A DNA stretch of 64,000 nt from Cyanobacteriota bacterium (lineage in GTDB: Bacteria > Cyanobacteriota > Cyanobacteriia > Cyanobacteriales > Nostocaceae): assembly GCA_046045965.1 (NCBI GenBank), contig JBJOKS010000006.1, positions 32,001 to 96,000 on the forward strand. The letters run 5' to 3'. Position numbers and translations under genes: made by a program. Shown here in pieces: positions 63,325 to 64,000 of the stretch (position 1 is its first letter; every line of letters starts with the position of its first letter). The notes beneath the pieces were generated by a model. The model searched no databases. It saw only the letters and a program-made list of their open reading frames with translations, and had not been told where the DNA came from.

Positions 63325-63690
63325 TTATCCTCGCAGTAGTTGTTTGACTGTTCCTACCAACTCGGTTGGTTGAAACGGTTTGGCTATATAAGCGTCGGCT
63401 CCCTGTTTCATCCCCCAGTAGCGATCAAATTCTTCTCCTTTAGAAGAACACATGACCACGGGGACATTTTGGGTTTTGGGATCGGATTTTAACCGCCGAC
63501 ATAGTTCGTAGCCGTTCATCCGAGGCATGACAATATCTAAAACTACTAAATCGGGTGGTGTGCTTTGAATGGTTTCTAAAGCTTCTACTCCGTCTCCAGC
63601 ATGGGTGACAGTCAAGCCACTAGCTTTGAGGAGATCTGTAATCATCTCCCTTTGGGCAATACTGTCTTCGACAATCAGAACTGTACTCAT
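63325..63690 (-). CDS. hmpB: CheY-like response regulator (HmpB/PilH)
   Basis: Single receiver domain LDIVMP...KPF. Confidence 0.92.
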   Translation of the reverse strand: MSTVLIVEDSIAQREMITDLLKASGLTVTHAGDGVEALETIQSTPPDLVVLDIVMPRMNGYELCRRLKSDPKTQNVPVVMCSSKGEEFDRYWGMKQGADAYIAKPFQPTELVGTVKQLLRG

Positions 63691-63882
63691 AAATACCTAT
63701 CTACCTCCTAATTCAAACTTTCTTTTCTGGAATGTTCACCAGTTCTCTTACCAGTTTTTTGTATAAATTAATTCTAGTCTTTAACTAATTTACTGAGTAT
63801 GGTTGTTTTACTGGAGTTAGCTGATTCTGTGATAACATTTTTTACCCTATCTTTGAGCAAATCCACAAGTCTTGTCTTGTGT

Positions 63883-64000
63883 TTATATTCCCACACTAAA
63901 ATCTAGGTTGATATATTTTTCTACTAGCATAAGTAATTCTGTATCTGTAAATGGTTTGGTTAAATAATCTGTAGCTCCAACCATCCTGGCTCTGACACGA
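63883..64000 (-). CDS. hmpA: 3' end of PatA-family response regulator (HmpA/PilG), partial
   Basis: RVRARMVGATDYLTKPF...VEKYINLDFSVGI*; runs off the window. Confidence 0.8.
   Translation of the reverse strand, partial: RVRARMVGATDYLTKPFTDTELLMLVEKYINLDFSVGI

Noticed and set aside
54617..64000. Chemosensory operon as a novel system
   Set aside because: Order and domains match the known hmp/pilGHIJL motility locus

Overview
AT-rich chromosomal segment of a heterocyst-forming cyanobacterium (Nostocales), inferred from frequent HIP1 octamers (GCGATCGC), heptameric STRR tandem repeats, and psbQ, hli and hmp-type genes. The core backbone includes aspS, aroA, hli, thyX, dcd, tRNA-Arg(UCU), cutA, sir, an alpha-carbonic anhydrase, rsmE, psbQ, hemJ, prolyl oligopeptidase and an hmp/pil chemosensory operon. 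The main candidate for an undescribed system is an intact 9-gene cluster (14.2-24.0 kb) resembling the cyanobacterial MPF_C type IV secretion machinery. It has no relaxase, coupling protein, integrase or att sites and sits among housekeeping genes. Other accessory features: a 1.6-kb decayed integrative element at tRNA-Arg with a 29-bp att repeat and repeated arm-type sites; an mrr gene between inverted repeats; a doubly truncated toxin/immunity-like cassette between thyX and dcd; two parallel toxin-antitoxin islets with reciprocally damaged XRE-ImmA/PIN modules and Rpn pseudogenes; two Nezha-like MITEs; and two candidate structured RNAs. All family assignments come from motif recognition only; no searches were run.
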